Origin: Gammaproteobacteria bacterium
Lineage (GTDB): Bacteria; Pseudomonadota; Gammaproteobacteria; Ga0077536
DNA: 64,000 nucleotides
Direction: 5' to 3'
Assembly (NCBI GenBank): GCA_963662545.2
Contig: CAXXLL010000003.1
Coordinates: 1,568,001 to 1,632,000, forward strand
Position numbers and translations under genes: made by a program. How positions within the stretch are numbered: the first letter of the stretch is position 1; each line of letters begins with the position of its first letter. Below the pieces are notes generated by a model. It saw nothing but the letters and a program-made list of their open reading frames with translations. It was not told the origin of the DNA and searched no databases. Shown piece by piece: positions 43,878 through 54,112 of this stretch.

Positions 43878-44609
43878 ATGTTTGAGCGTATTAAAGAAGA
43901 TATCAACTGTGTATTCGACCGAGACCCAGCGGCGCGTCACGCACTCGAGATACTCACCGCGTATCCCGGAATCCATGCTATTTTGATACACCGATTCAGC
44001 CACTGGCTTTGGCAGATGGGACTGAAATGGGCTGCCCGGCTCAGCTCTCACCTGGGGCGGTTTTTAACAGGCATCGAAATTCACCCCGGCGTAACGATAG
44101 GGCGGCGATTTTTTATCGATCATGGTATGGGTGTCGTGATTGGCGAGACGGCCGAAATCGGCGACGACTGCACGCTCTATCATGGGGTCACACTGGGCGG
44201 GACTACCTGGGAGAAGGGCAAACGCCATCCGACACTAGAGGATGGCGTCGTCGTGGGCGCCGGCGCCAAGGTGCTCGGCCCGATTACAATCGGAAGTAAC
44301 GCTCGCGTCGGTTCCAACGCCGTCGTAGTCCATGACGTGCCCGCTGAGGCGACCGTCGTCGGCATTCCGGGACGAGTTACGCAAGCCGTTACGGAAAAAT
44401 TCCGGCAGCGGGCGGAAACCGCGAAAAAGATTGGATTTGACGCCTACGGCCAGGTTCGAGACATGCCTGATCCCGTCACTCAGGCGATCGATTCCCTGCT
44501 CGACCACGCCCGCGACATCGAGAAGGAAATCGCAAGCCTCAAGCGCAAACTCGATGCATCCGAAGCTGCCGCGCGAGACGACGAGCCGATTTCCGGCAAT
44601 TCTGCTTAA
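43878..44609 (+). CDS. cysE: Serine O-acetyltransferase
   Basis: [35 protein letters not shown]. Confidence 0.97.
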   Translation: MFERIKEDINCVFDRDPAARHALEILTAYPGIHAILIHRFSHWLWQMGLKWAARLSSHLGRFLTGIEIHPGVTIGRRFFIDHGMGVVIGETAEIGDDCTLYHGVTLGGTTWEKGKRHPTLEDGVVVGAGAKVLGPITIGSNARVGSNAVVVHDVPAEATVVGIPGRVTQAVTEKFRQRAETAKKIGFDAYGQVRDMPDPVTQAIDSLLDHARDIEKEIASLKRKLDASEAAARDDEPISGNSA

Positions 44610-44771
44610 GGAGCCTCTGAATAAGTCATGGTGCGTCTGAAATGTTCATGAAATTGTGCAGATCAAGGCACGAATCGCAGGCCATAGCGGGGACTATGGG
44701 CAAGGTTCGTAACGCCGAGCTGCGCAATTTCATGGGCATTTCAGACGCACCATGACTTATTCAGAGGTTCC
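44610..44771 (+). mobile_element. 162-bp MITE family copy C (near-perfect palindrome)
   Basis: TTAA|GGAGCCTCTGAATAAGTCATGGTGCGTCTGAAATG...CATTTCAGACGCACCATGACTTATTCAGAGGTTCC|TTAG; begins directly after the cysE stop. Confidence 0.92.
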
Positions 44772-44800
44772 TTAGCGCCGGCCGCCATCCTGCGGATCGT

Positions 44801-44857
44801 ATACTTGACTATTTTAGTGGGTTTCTGTCAGAATACCTGAGTATTTCACTCGGATTA
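44801..44857 (+). promoter_or_regulatory. Two tandem IscR type-1-like operators overlapping the iscR promoter
   Basis: ATACTTGACTATTTTAGTGGGTTTC (44801-44825) and ATACCTGAGTATTTCACTCGGATTA (44833-44857); -35 TTGACT at 44805. Confidence 0.8.
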
Positions 44858-44890
44858 GCGCCCGCTCGGTGCTGCAGGAGGTAGATATCG

Positions 44891-45358
44891 ATGAGACTTA
44901 CGACTCGGGGGCGGTACGCGGTCACAGCAATGCTCGACCTTGCGCTGCACTATGAACATGGTCCGGTGTCACTTGCTGAAATCGCCAAGCGCCAGGGCAT
45001 ATCGCAATCCTACCTGGAGCAATTGTTTGCCAGACTGCGCCGGAACAGGCTCGTAGACGGGCTGAGGGGGCCGGGCGGAGGATACAAACTCGGACGACCC
45101 GGCGATACCATCTCCGTGGCGGACGTTATCGACGCCGTCAATGAATCCGTCGATGCGACACGATGCGGCGGCCAGCGCAATTGCCAGGACGAGCATCGAT
45201 GCCTAACCCACGACCTGTGGGAAGATTTAAGTACCCAGATCCGGGATTTCCTGAGTGGGGTCAGCCTCGACCAGTTGGTAAAGCGTCAGAGCGTCCAAAC
45301 TGTTCACCGCTTTCAGGAAAAGCGAGTTTCCGATTTGCAGACTGAAGCGTCGATCTAA
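44891..45358 (+). CDS. iscR: Fe-S cluster transcriptional regulator IscR
   Basis: [33 protein letters not shown]-x5-C-x5-CLTH. Confidence 0.97.
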   Translation: MRLTTRGRYAVTAMLDLALHYEHGPVSLAEIAKRQGISQSYLEQLFARLRRNRLVDGLRGPGGGYKLGRPGDTISVADVIDAVNESVDATRCGGQRNCQDEHRCLTHDLWEDLSTQIRDFLSGVSLDQLVKRQSVQTVHRFQEKRVSDLQTEASI

Positions 45359-45392
45359 GGGTCGGCACACTGGGCGCCCGGAGGATTCTTTC

Positions 45393-45716
45393 ATGGCCAT
45401 TACATTGACTGAACGTGCGGCGGAACACGTCAAGAATTTCATCATCGAGGACGATATGTCGGCCGGCCTCCGCCTCGCGGTCAAACCGACCGGTTGCTCC
45501 GGCTACATGTACGTCGTCGAGTTGGCCGAAAATATACTCGAACACGACCAGGTATTCGAGTCGCACGGCGTACAGATCGTCGTCGACGCGGAAAGCCTCA
45601 AGTACCTCCAGGGTACTAATGTCGATTTCGCGCGCGAAGGCCTGAACGAGGGATTCCGCTTCGAGAATCCGAACGTAAGCGCAACCTGCGGTTGCGGTGA
45701 AAGCTTCAGTCTTTAA
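45393..45716 (+). CDS. A-type Fe-S carrier (IscA/SufA)
   Basis: TGCSG and CGCGESF motifs. Confidence 0.95.
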   Translation: MAITLTERAAEHVKNFIIEDDMSAGLRLAVKPTGCSGYMYVVELAENILEHDQVFESHGVQIVVDAESLKYLQGTNVDFAREGLNEGFRFENPNVSATCGCGESFSL

Positions 45717-45746
45717 GGCGATCAAAGACCCGAGGATTTGAAGCAA

Positions 45747-47195
45747 ATGGCAAGCAAGGCCCAAGAAGTCAATGAATTTGTCAACCGGCAGTACGATGCC
45801 GGGTTCTACACCGATATCGAACAGGACACTGCACCCGCGGGGCTGAACGAGGACACCATCCGCCTGATCTCGTCGAAAAAAGAAGAACCGGAATGGATGC
45901 TCGAATGGCGCCTCAAGGCTTTTGCCCGCTGGCGCGGGATGCGGGAACCGGTATGGGCCCACGTCAGCTATCCGCCGATCGATTTTCAGGCGATATCCTA
46001 TTACTCGGCACCGAAGTCGGACAAAGACCGCCCCAAAAGCCTTGACGAGATCGACCCCAAACTGCTGGAAACCTACGAGAAGCTGGGGATCCCACTCGAA
46101 GAGCAGAAAATGCTCGCAGGAATCGCGGTCGATGTGGTATTCGATAGCGTATCGGTGCACACGACATTCCGCGAAAAACTGGCCGAAGCCGGTGTCATTT
46201 TCTGCTCTTTTTCAGATGCGGTGAAGGAACATCCTGATCTCGTCAGACAATACCTCGGTTCAGTCGTCCCCGTTGCAGACAACTATTACGCAGCACTCAA
46301 TTCCGCCGTTTTCTCGGACGGTTCGTTCGCCTACATTCCAAAAAACACGCGCTGCCCAATGGAGTTATCTACCTATTTCCGTATCAACGCCATGAACACG
46401 GGGCAATTCGAACGAACCCTGATCGTGGCCGAAGAAGGCAGCTACGTCAGCTATCTCGAAGGCTGTACTGCGCCGATGCGTGACGAAAATCAGCTGCACG
46501 CCGCGGTGGTTGAGTTAATTGTTCTAGACGATGCAGAAATCAAATATTCGACCGTGCAGAACTGGTATCCAGGCGACGAGAAAGGCCGGGGCGGAATTTA
46601 CAATTTCGTCACGAAGCGCGGCGATTGTCGCGGCGATCGATCGAAAATTTCATGGACCCAGGTCGAAACCGGTTCCGCTATCACGTGGAAATACCCAAGC
46701 TGTGTACTCAAGGGCGAGCACTCGGTTGGAGAATTCTATTCGGTTGCACTGACCAACAATCTGCAACAGGCGGACACCGGAACCAAGATGATTCATCTCG
46801 GGCGAGGGACGACGAGTACCATTATTTCGAAGGGGATCTCTGCCGGACACAGCCAGAATGTCTATCGCGGCCTGGTCCGCATAGCCGCCGGTGCCGAGGG
46901 CGCGCGAAATTACACACAATGCGACTCCCTGTTGCTGGGTGATCGGTGCGGCGCACATACCTTTCCCTACATCGAGTGCAAGAATCCTAGCGCGCGAGTA
47001 GAGCACGAAGCGTCGACCTCGAAGATCAGCGACGACCAGCTGTTCTATCTGCGGCAGCGCGGAATAGGCCAAGAAGATGCCGTCAATATGATCGTCAACG
47101 GCTTCTGCAAACAGGTATTCAAGGAACTGCCGATGGAATTCGCGGTAGAGGCGCAGAAGCTGCTCGGCATTAGCCTCGAAGGTGCCATCGGTTAG
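45747..47195 (+). CDS. sufB: Fe-S assembly scaffold SufB
   Basis: [42 protein letters not shown]. Confidence 0.97.
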   Translation: MASKAQEVNEFVNRQYDAGFYTDIEQDTAPAGLNEDTIRLISSKKEEPEWMLEWRLKAFARWRGMREPVWAHVSYPPIDFQAISYYSAPKSDKDRPKSLDEIDPKLLETYEKLGIPLEEQKMLAGIAVDVVFDSVSVHTTFREKLAEAGVIFCSFSDAVKEHPDLVRQYLGSVVPVADNYYAALNSAVFSDGSFAYIPKNTRCPMELSTYFRINAMNTGQFERTLIVAEEGSYVSYLEGCTAPMRDENQLHAAVVELIVLDDAEIKYSTVQNWYPGDEKGRGGIYNFVTKRGDCRGDRSKISWTQVETGSAITWKYPSCVLKGEHSVGEFYSVALTNNLQQADTGTKMIHLGRGTTSTIISKGISAGHSQNVYRGLVRIAAGAEGARNYTQCDSLLLGDRCGAHTFPYIECKNPSARVEHEASTSKISDDQLFYLRQRGIGQEDAVNMIVNGFCKQVFKELPMEFAVEAQKLLGISLEGAIG

Positions 47196-47219
47196 CATTC
47201 GACACCAGTGGAATAATAC

Positions 47220-47972
47220 ATGCTGGAAATAAAGAAACTCTGTGCGGAAGTCGACGGCACCGAGATCTTGAAGGGTATCGATTTACGCGTGTGCGCCGGT
47301 GAAGTCCACGCGATCATGGGCCCAAATGGATCGGGGAAAAGTACGCTAGCGCATGTACTCGCGGGGCGTGAGGGTTATACGGTTACGTCGGGTAGCGCCC
47401 AATTCAACGGCAAGTCACTACTCGATCTCGCGCCCGAAGAGCGCGCGGGTGAGGGCGTTTTTCTAGCGTTCCAGTATCCCGTCGAAATTCCCGGGGTCAA
47501 TAATGTTTACATGTTGAAGGCCGCGCTCAATGGGATTCGAGTGTATCGCGGTGAACGGGAATTGAATGCCGTCGAATTTCTAAAGCTCGTCAAGTCCCGG
47601 GTGAAAACGATCGGCATGGATGAAAAGCTACTCAACCGTCCGGTCAATGAAGGATTTTCGGGTGGAGAGAAAAAGCGTAACGAAATATTTCAAATGAGCG
47701 TCCTCGAGCCTCGGCTCGCCATCCTTGATGAAACCGACTCGGGCCTGGATATTGACGCACTCAAGACTGTCGCCAACGGAGTCAATGCGCTGCGAGATGG
47801 CCAAAGATCATTCGTCATCGTGACTCACTACCAGCGCATGCTCGATTACATCGTGCCGGACTACGTTCACGTCTTGTCGAAAGGCCGGATCGTGAAGACC
47901 GGTGGCAAGGAGCTCGCGCTTGAGTTGGAGGCGCGCGGATACGATTGGGTTAACGACGAGGTCGCCGCCTGA
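47220..47972 (+). CDS. sufC: Fe-S assembly ATPase SufC
   Basis: MGPNGSGKST, FQYPVEIPGV, GFSGGEKKRNE, LDETDSGLDIDAL. Confidence 0.97.
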   Translation: MLEIKKLCAEVDGTEILKGIDLRVCAGEVHAIMGPNGSGKSTLAHVLAGREGYTVTSGSAQFNGKSLLDLAPEERAGEGVFLAFQYPVEIPGVNNVYMLKAALNGIRVYRGERELNAVEFLKLVKSRVKTIGMDEKLLNRPVNEGFSGGEKKRNEIFQMSVLEPRLAILDETDSGLDIDALKTVANGVNALRDGQRSFVIVTHYQRMLDYIVPDYVHVLSKGRIVKTGGKELALELEARGYDWVNDEVAA

Positions 47973-49312
47973 TGGATCTTTTCAGCGAGTCATTTGGCCA
48001 GGCGCTGCTGCTGCTCGAGGAAAACGGCAGCGATGGTATGCCGCCCTTGCTGCGACCGGTGCAGCAGGACGCGGCGAGTCGTTTCATGGCGCAGGGACTG
48101 CCGACGATCCGGCACGAAGATTGGAAATACACCAACCTCGTGCCCTTATCGAAACGGTTGTTTCACGTCACCGCGCACGATGATCGCGAAATGCTTAGCC
48201 ACGATGTTTTTCGAGAGATACGATTCTCCGCACGATGCAAATACCGCGCCGTGATGGTCAACGGCGGCTTCCGGCCCGATCTGTCGAACCTCGAATCGCT
48301 TGCCCACGGCCTCAAGGTGTACAGCATTCGCGCCGCCTCCGCAGCCGGCCACGACGACGTCGCCAATACCCTGGAATGCTCAATAAATAGAGAATCGGCG
48401 TTGACCGATTTGAACACGGCGTTCCTCCATGATGCCGTGGTCGTGGAGCTTGGCGAAGGCATTACCGTGCCAGAACCGCTGCACCTCATATTCATCGGAT
48501 CTGGCGACGCTTCTAATTTCCTGCGACTACCGCGCGTGATCATTCACGCGAGCCGCAACTGCTCGATACGCATCATAGAAGAATACGTGAGCGTGGGTCA
48601 CGACCAGGGACTGACCAACGCTGTGACGGAAATAACGCTGGACGAAGGCGCGACCGTTCATCATCACCGCCTCCAGGTCGAATCCAGGGAGGCGTCGCAC
48701 ATCGGCCGAATTTACGCCACGGCTGCCGGAAACAGCCGCTTCCTTTCCGATTCCGTATCCTTTGGCGCCAGCCTGGCTCGGATCGATATCGACGTTGCGC
48801 TCGCCGAGCAGGGCGCTTCCTGTCGGCTCAACGGTCTGTTTGTCGCTGGCGGCAATCAGCATGTCGATCACCACACGCTTATCGACCACGTTGTCGGAAA
48901 CACCCACAGCGATGAACTGTACCGGGGCATCATCGACGAGCGTGGGCGCGGCGTGTTCAACGGCAAGGTCATCGTTCGCAAGGACGCCCAAAAGATCAGC
49001 GCGCGGCAGACAAGCAACAATCTGTTGCTTTCCAGGTACGCCGAGATCGATACCAAGCCGCAGTTGGAGATCTACGCCGATGATGTCATCTGTGCCCACG
49101 GGGCTACTGTCGGTGAACTCGATGCCGACGCTTCGTTCTACCTGCGCTCGCGTGGCATGAGCGAAGAGGACGCGAGGGCCTTGCTGACCTATGCGTTCGC
49201 CGAGCGCGTAGTCGAGGATATTCCAGTCGAAGGGATTCGAAGATGGATAGAGAACCGCTTTATCCGCGGTGGCGGTTACCGTGATTTCATGGAGGCGTTG
49301 GCAACTGCATGA
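47972..49312 (+). CDS. sufD: Fe-S assembly protein SufD
   Basis: EDWKYT, GVFNGKV, KPQLEIYADDVICAHGATVG, FYLRSRG. Confidence 0.95.
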   Translation: MDLFSESFGQALLLLEENGSDGMPPLLRPVQQDAASRFMAQGLPTIRHEDWKYTNLVPLSKRLFHVTAHDDREMLSHDVFREIRFSARCKYRAVMVNGGFRPDLSNLESLAHGLKVYSIRAASAAGHDDVANTLECSINRESALTDLNTAFLHDAVVVELGEGITVPEPLHLIFIGSGDASNFLRLPRVIIHASRNCSIRIIEEYVSVGHDQGLTNAVTEITLDEGATVHHHRLQVESREASHIGRIYATAAGNSRFLSDSVSFGASLARIDIDVALAEQGASCRLNGLFVAGGNQHVDHHTLIDHVVGNTHSDELYRGIIDERGRGVFNGKVIVRKDAQKISARQTSNNLLLSRYAEIDTKPQLEIYADDVICAHGATVGELDADASFYLRSRGMSEEDARALLTYAFAERVVEDIPVEGIRRWIENRFIRGGGYRDFMEALATA

Positions 49313-50577
49313 ACTCTTCGACGGCGGCAGTATCTTCACCGGTAGCGGATTACCGGCGTTTCGACGTCGCACGCGTGCGTGAAGATTTTCCCATCCTCAC
49401 GCGAGAAGTCAACGGCAAACTATTGGTGTATGCCGATAACGCGGCGACGACCCAGAAACCAACTGCGGTCATCGAACGCTTGCGCCATTATTACGAGCAC
49501 GAGAACGCGAATATTCACCGGGGCGTACATACGCTGAGCGAGGAGGCAACAGAGGCGTACGAAGCCGCACGGTCGACCGTACGGTGGTTTCTGAACGCGA
49601 AAGAAGACCGGGAAATCATATTTACCCGCGGAACGACTGAGGCGATCAATCTCGTAGCGCAATCTTACGGGCGCGCATCGTTGTCGGCCGGTGACGAAAT
49701 ACTGATCTCCGAGTTGGAACATCATTCGAACATTGTTCCCTGGCAAATTCTGTGCGAGCAAACTGGCGCGCGCCTGCAGGTTGCTCCGATCTCGGACGAT
49801 GGGGAAATCGACATGGTCCGGTTCGATGAACTGCTGTCCTCACGTACAAAGATCGTCGCCATCGGACACATATCAAACGCGCTCGGTACGATTAATCCAG
49901 TCCACGACATCGTCGAACGCGCCCATGTTGCGGGCGCAGTCGTGTTGATAGACGGAGCGCAGGCCGCCATCCACACAAAACTCGATGTACAGGCCATGGG
50001 TTGCGATTTTTACGCATTTTCCGGACACAAGGCGCTGGGACCGACCGGCATCGGCGTCCTGTATGGGCGCGAGGACCTGCTGAATGGCATGCCTCCATAC
50101 CAGGGCGGCGGTGACATGATCAAGGTGGTCAGCTTCTCCGGCACCCAATACAACGACATCCCCTATAAGTTCGAAGCAGGAACACCGAATATCGCCGGCA
50201 CCCTGGGTCTTGCATCGGCGCTGGAATACTTCAGCGCACTCGATATCGGCGGCGTCATTGCGCATGAAAACGAACTACTTGCCGTCGCCACAGACCGAGC
50301 ACTTGGCATCCCCGGCCTGCGGATAATCGGCACGGCCCAGCACAAGGCTGCCGTCATCTCGCTTACCATTGAAGGTATTCACCCACACGATCTCGGAACC
50401 CTTCTCGATCACCAGGGCGTTGCGATCCGCACCGGTCACCACTGCGCAATGCCCGTCATGGAACGTTACAAACTCAGTGGAACAGCGCGAGCCTCGTTCG
50501 CGCTGTACAACACCCTCGATGAAGTCCACGCCCTTTTTGACGCAGTTGAAAAGGTTCGCCCCATGTTGCTGGGCTAA
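49309..50577 (+). CDS. sufS: Cysteine desulfurase SufS
   Basis: DNAATTQKP, ANIHRG, FSGHK PLP lysine, RTGHHCA (class II). Confidence 0.97.
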   Translation: MNSSTAAVSSPVADYRRFDVARVREDFPILTREVNGKLLVYADNAATTQKPTAVIERLRHYYEHENANIHRGVHTLSEEATEAYEAARSTVRWFLNAKEDREIIFTRGTTEAINLVAQSYGRASLSAGDEILISELEHHSNIVPWQILCEQTGARLQVAPISDDGEIDMVRFDELLSSRTKIVAIGHISNALGTINPVHDIVERAHVAGAVVLIDGAQAAIHTKLDVQAMGCDFYAFSGHKALGPTGIGVLYGREDLLNGMPPYQGGGDMIKVVSFSGTQYNDIPYKFEAGTPNIAGTLGLASALEYFSALDIGGVIAHENELLAVATDRALGIPGLRIIGTAQHKAAVISLTIEGIHPHDLGTLLDHQGVAIRTGHHCAMPVMERYKLSGTARASFALYNTLDEVHALFDAVEKVRPMLLG

Positions 50578-50589
50578 AGGCGAACGGTA

Positions 50590-51150
50590 ATGGATCAACC
50601 AAACGATTTCAGCCGTCCAATCTCCTTGACGCGCGATTGTGAGGCCGTGCTCATACCCGAAGGTTCGTCGATCACGTTGAAAGCCGGCGTCGAGGTCTAT
50701 CTAACGCAGGCGCTCGGTGGCTCGGTGACAATCAACGTTAACGGCAATCTAGCTCGTATCAGCCCTGAGAACGTCGACGCCCTAGGTATGGAGCCGGAGA
50801 CCCTGCCTGCTGATCGCGCGAATGACAAAGGTGACGGGTCCGTCGATATCGATCTCGTATGGGAACAGCTGGCAACGTGCTACGACCCGGAGATTCCAAT
50901 CAGTATCGTAGAACTCGGACTGATCTATCGGTGCGAGATTGTTCCTGGTGCGACCGGTAATCGTGTCGAAATCGACATGACGCTGACCGCGCCCGGTTGT
51001 GGGATGGGCCCGTTTCTGGTCGACGACGTACGCGCCAAAGTGGTCCAGGTACCCAACGTGAGCGACGTCGAGGTCGACCTGGTTTTCGATCCACCCTGGA
51101 ATCCTGAGATGATGTCGGAAGCCGCGCGTTTAGAGAGCGGCATGTACTAG
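50590..51150 (+). CDS. sufT: Fe-S assembly protein SufT (DUF59)
   Basis: TQALGGS, CYDPEIP, MTLTAPGCGMG, FDPPW. Confidence 0.93.
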   Translation: MDQPNDFSRPISLTRDCEAVLIPEGSSITLKAGVEVYLTQALGGSVTINVNGNLARISPENVDALGMEPETLPADRANDKGDGSVDIDLVWEQLATCYDPEIPISIVELGLIYRCEIVPGATGNRVEIDMTLTAPGCGMGPFLVDDVRAKVVQVPNVSDVEVDLVFDPPWNPEMMSEAARLESGMY

Positions 51151-51350
51151 TACCCCGTCACAGAGAGTTCGGCGTGTTCAAAGCCCCGCATCGGCACCCA
51201 TGCAAGGCGCCGGCCCGCAGGCAATGTTGAGGGGCGTCCGTCTGTGTTCTTGCAATCGCTAGAATTTACTTTGGCCAGTCCGTTGCTCGCGCGCCTTGCA
51301 ACTGTTGTTCTTCGACGCACTGAAACCGCCAGTATTTCTATGACGGGGTA
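51151..51350. mobile_element. 200-bp MITE-like element with ERIC-like termini
   Basis: CTAG|TACCCCGTCACAGAGA...TTTCTATGACGGGGTA|CCAG; starts immediately after the sufT TAG. Confidence 0.75.
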
Positions 51351-51507
51351 CCAGCCCGCGCCAATTCGCCGCCCGCAACGCCCGATGGCAATGTGCATGT
51401 CTGGCCATCGACGCGACCGGCCAGACACCTGGTTTTACGTCCAGCAGACAGTATAATGTCGCCCGGTTTTCGACGCCTTATCAAGAAGTTAGGGGTAGTA
51501 CGTAAAC

Positions 51508-51936
51508 ATGGCAATTGAACGCACGCTGTCCATCATCAAACCGAGCGCAGTGCGTGAAAATCACATCGGCGCGATACTCGCCATGTTCGAGGCCACCGGG
51601 CTCAAGATCATCGCGGCAAAAATGCTGCGCCTGACCCGCGATCAAGCGGAAGGGTTCTACGGTGTTCACCGCAGCAAGCCGTTCTTCGACGAACTCGTGG
51701 AATTCATGACTTCGGGAGCGGTCATGGTGCAGGTGCTAGAGGGTGAACACGCGATCCAGCGCAATCGCGACACCATGGGCGCGACCAACCCTGCTGAAGC
51801 GGCACCCGGTACCATTCGCGCGGAATTCGCCACAAGTATCACGGAAAATGCCGTCCATGGCTCCGATGGCCCAGAAACGGCCGCAACGGAGATCAAATTT
51901 TTCTTCGACGAATCGAAATTGTCTGCCCGCGGCTGA
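51508..51936 (+). CDS. ndk: Nucleoside diphosphate kinase
   Basis: [25 protein letters not shown]. Confidence 0.97.
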   Translation: MAIERTLSIIKPSAVRENHIGAILAMFEATGLKIIAAKMLRLTRDQAEGFYGVHRSKPFFDELVEFMTSGAVMVQVLEGEHAIQRNRDTMGATNPAEAAPGTIRAEFATSITENAVHGSDGPETAATEIKFFFDESKLSARG

Positions 51937-51939
51937 GTC

Positions 51940-53025
51940 ATGTTGCCCGATGCGCCTGTCAATCTGTTGAATTTCGATACTCGAGGTTTAGCAAAATACT
52001 TCGAGAAAATCGGCGAGCACGGGTATCGCGCCACGCAGATCATCAAATGGATACACCAAAAAGGCGTGACGGATTTCGGTGCGATGACCAACCTCAGCAA
52101 GTTGCTAAGGGAGCGGTTGGCAAACGACACTGAAATCAGAACGCCGCGTGTAATATCCGAAAAAATATCGAGCGACGGAACCCGTAAGTGGCTTCTCGCG
52201 CTCGAAAACAATAACGCCATAGAAACGGTATACATTCCGGAAGGTAACCGAGGGACTCTGTGCGTATCGTCTCAGGTCGGCTGTCCGCTGGATTGCAAAT
52301 TCTGCGCAACCGCGCGGCAGGGCTTCAACCGAAACCTGCTCGTCGGCGAAATAATCGGCCAGGTCTGGCTGGCAGCCAGGCTGCTCGGCCAATCCCCCAA
52401 GTCCGGGCGCCGGATTACCAACGTGGTCATGATGGGAATGGGAGAACCCCTGTTGAATTTCGAAAACGTCGTTTCTGCCATGCACCTCATGCTCGACGAT
52501 AATGCCTATAACCTGAGCCGCAGGCGCGTTACCTTGAGCACGGCGGGTGTGGTCCCCGCGATCGACAAGCTCGCATCGACATTGCCCGTCAGTCTCGCCG
52601 TCTCGCTGCATGCACCGACAGACGAACTCCGGGACGCCCTGGTACCGTTAAACCGCAAATATCCGGTTCAGATTCTCATTGCTGCGTGCAAACGATATGC
52701 GCGCGCTAATCCGCATGGAGAAATAACCTTCGAGTACGTCATGCTGAAAGGCATAAATGATAGCCCGACAGAAGCACGCGCGCTGGTTCGCCTGCTGCAG
52801 GAAGTCCCTGCCAAGGTGAACCTTATTCCGTTTAATTCTTTTAGCGACAGCGGCTTCGAATGCTCCAGCCAAACGGTCATCGATGCCTTTAGAGAAAAGC
52901 TGACGGCGGCTGGAATCGTTACGATTACTCGGAAGACGCGCGGAGATGACATCGCGGCGGCCTGCGGACAACTCGTCGGTGAAGTACAGGCAAAAGCGCG
53001 ACGCCATTTTGCACGTGCGCACTGA
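51940..53025 (+). CDS. rlmN: 23S rRNA/tRNA methyltransferase RlmN
   Basis: [34 protein letters not shown]. Confidence 0.97.
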   Translation: MLPDAPVNLLNFDTRGLAKYFEKIGEHGYRATQIIKWIHQKGVTDFGAMTNLSKLLRERLANDTEIRTPRVISEKISSDGTRKWLLALENNNAIETVYIPEGNRGTLCVSSQVGCPLDCKFCATARQGFNRNLLVGEIIGQVWLAARLLGQSPKSGRRITNVVMMGMGEPLLNFENVVSAMHLMLDDNAYNLSRRRVTLSTAGVVPAIDKLASTLPVSLAVSLHAPTDELRDALVPLNRKYPVQILIAACKRYARANPHGEITFEYVMLKGINDSPTEARALVRLLQEVPAKVNLIPFNSFSDSGFECSSQTVIDAFREKLTAAGIVTITRKTRGDDIAAACGQLVGEVQAKARRHFARAH

Positions 53026-53115
53026 TTTGCGGGCATCCCAGAAATGCAGCAGATCCCCCGAGCTCCTTTCCCAACGGCGCAGCTAAGTACTGTGCCTAAC
53101 CGCGCCCATTTTTCC

Positions 53116-53142
53116 CTTGGCGTTCTTTATGTCTCTGCGAGA
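53116..53142. repeat. Isolated arm of the 7702-7793 repeat
   Basis: CTTGGCGTTCTTTATGTCTCTGCGAGA vs 7767-7793 CTTGGCGTGCTTTGCGTCTCCGCGAGA (23/27). Confidence 0.55.
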
Positions 53143-53347
53143 GGCTCTTCGAGGGTCGCCTTGCTGCACGGCAGTGCCGTTTCTCGACACTATGATGAAA
53201 CTTCATGTCGGTAACCCGTCCCGGCCTTTGGCCCTTTCATGCCGCGAAACTTGCCTCGCATCATCCACTTGGCACTCTCCCCGAGTTAAACTTCGCCCAA
53301 AGATTCCGCGGAAGAGTCGATTTTCTGAAATTCATGGAGAAGACTGA

Positions 53348-54112
53348 ATGCCGATTTTTCGAAGAATCCTGTTTCAACTTGCAATAGCGGCACTATTGAT
53401 GGGATGCCAATCGGCTAAGGTGGTCAAGCCCTCTGCAGCGAACCGCGAAAAGCTCGCGGAAATCAGTACTCAACTCGGCGTTGAGTATATTCAAAAAGGT
53501 GATTTGGAAGCTGGCTTCGAGCGGCTAAAACGAGCCCTGGAAGTCGATCCGAATTACGTCGACGCTCACAATACCTTGGGTTTGCTTTACGGCAATCTCG
53601 GCCAATACGAAAAAGCCGAGCGTAGCTTCAAGCGTGCGCTTGCGATCGAACCGAACAACTCTTCCGCGCTCAATAATTACGGACAGTATTTGTGCCAGTT
53701 GAAGCGCTACGACGAAGGGCGAAAATTGTTATTGAAGGCAATCGAGAACCCGCTGTATAAGAATTCGGGTGCTGCGCTGAGCAATGCGGGGATCTGTGCT
53801 TTGAATGCAGGGGATGTTGATATAGCGGAGAAGCACTTCCGGGCGGCGCTTCGAACCAACCCGACGCTTGCCCCGGCCTTGTACCAGATGGTCAATGTGA
53901 GCTATCGGAACGGCCGCTATCTGCCGGCACGCGGATACCTGCAGCGGTATATGGCGGTTGGGCGCCATACTGCAAAGTCGCTCTGGTTGGGCGTTCAAAT
54001 CGAGCACGAACTCGGCGACAAGGATGCGGAAGCAAGCTACGAATTACAGCTCGAGAAGAATTTCCCTGATTCGGAAGAAACGCGGCTATTGGGAGAATCA
54101 AAGGCGCAGTGA
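53348..54112 (+). CDS. pilW: Type IV pilus pilotin PilW/PilF (TPR lipoprotein)
   Basis: Lipobox LMGC, TPRs, NNYGQYLC, NPLY; rlmN-pilW-rodZ synteny. Confidence 0.93.
   Translation: MPIFRRILFQLAIAALLMGCQSAKVVKPSAANREKLAEISTQLGVEYIQKGDLEAGFERLKRALEVDPNYVDAHNTLGLLYGNLGQYEKAERSFKRALAIEPNNSSALNNYGQYLCQLKRYDEGRKLLLKAIENPLYKNSGAALSNAGICALNAGDVDIAEKHFRAALRTNPTLAPALYQMVNVSYRNGRYLPARGYLQRYMAVGRHTAKSLWLGVQIEHELGDKDAEASYELQLEKNFPDSEETRLLGESKAQ

Noticed and set aside
53026-53347. sigma54 promoter or ncRNA before pilW
   Set aside because: TTGGCAC is present but the -12 TTGC is not; no supportable RNA structure beyond the repeat arm.
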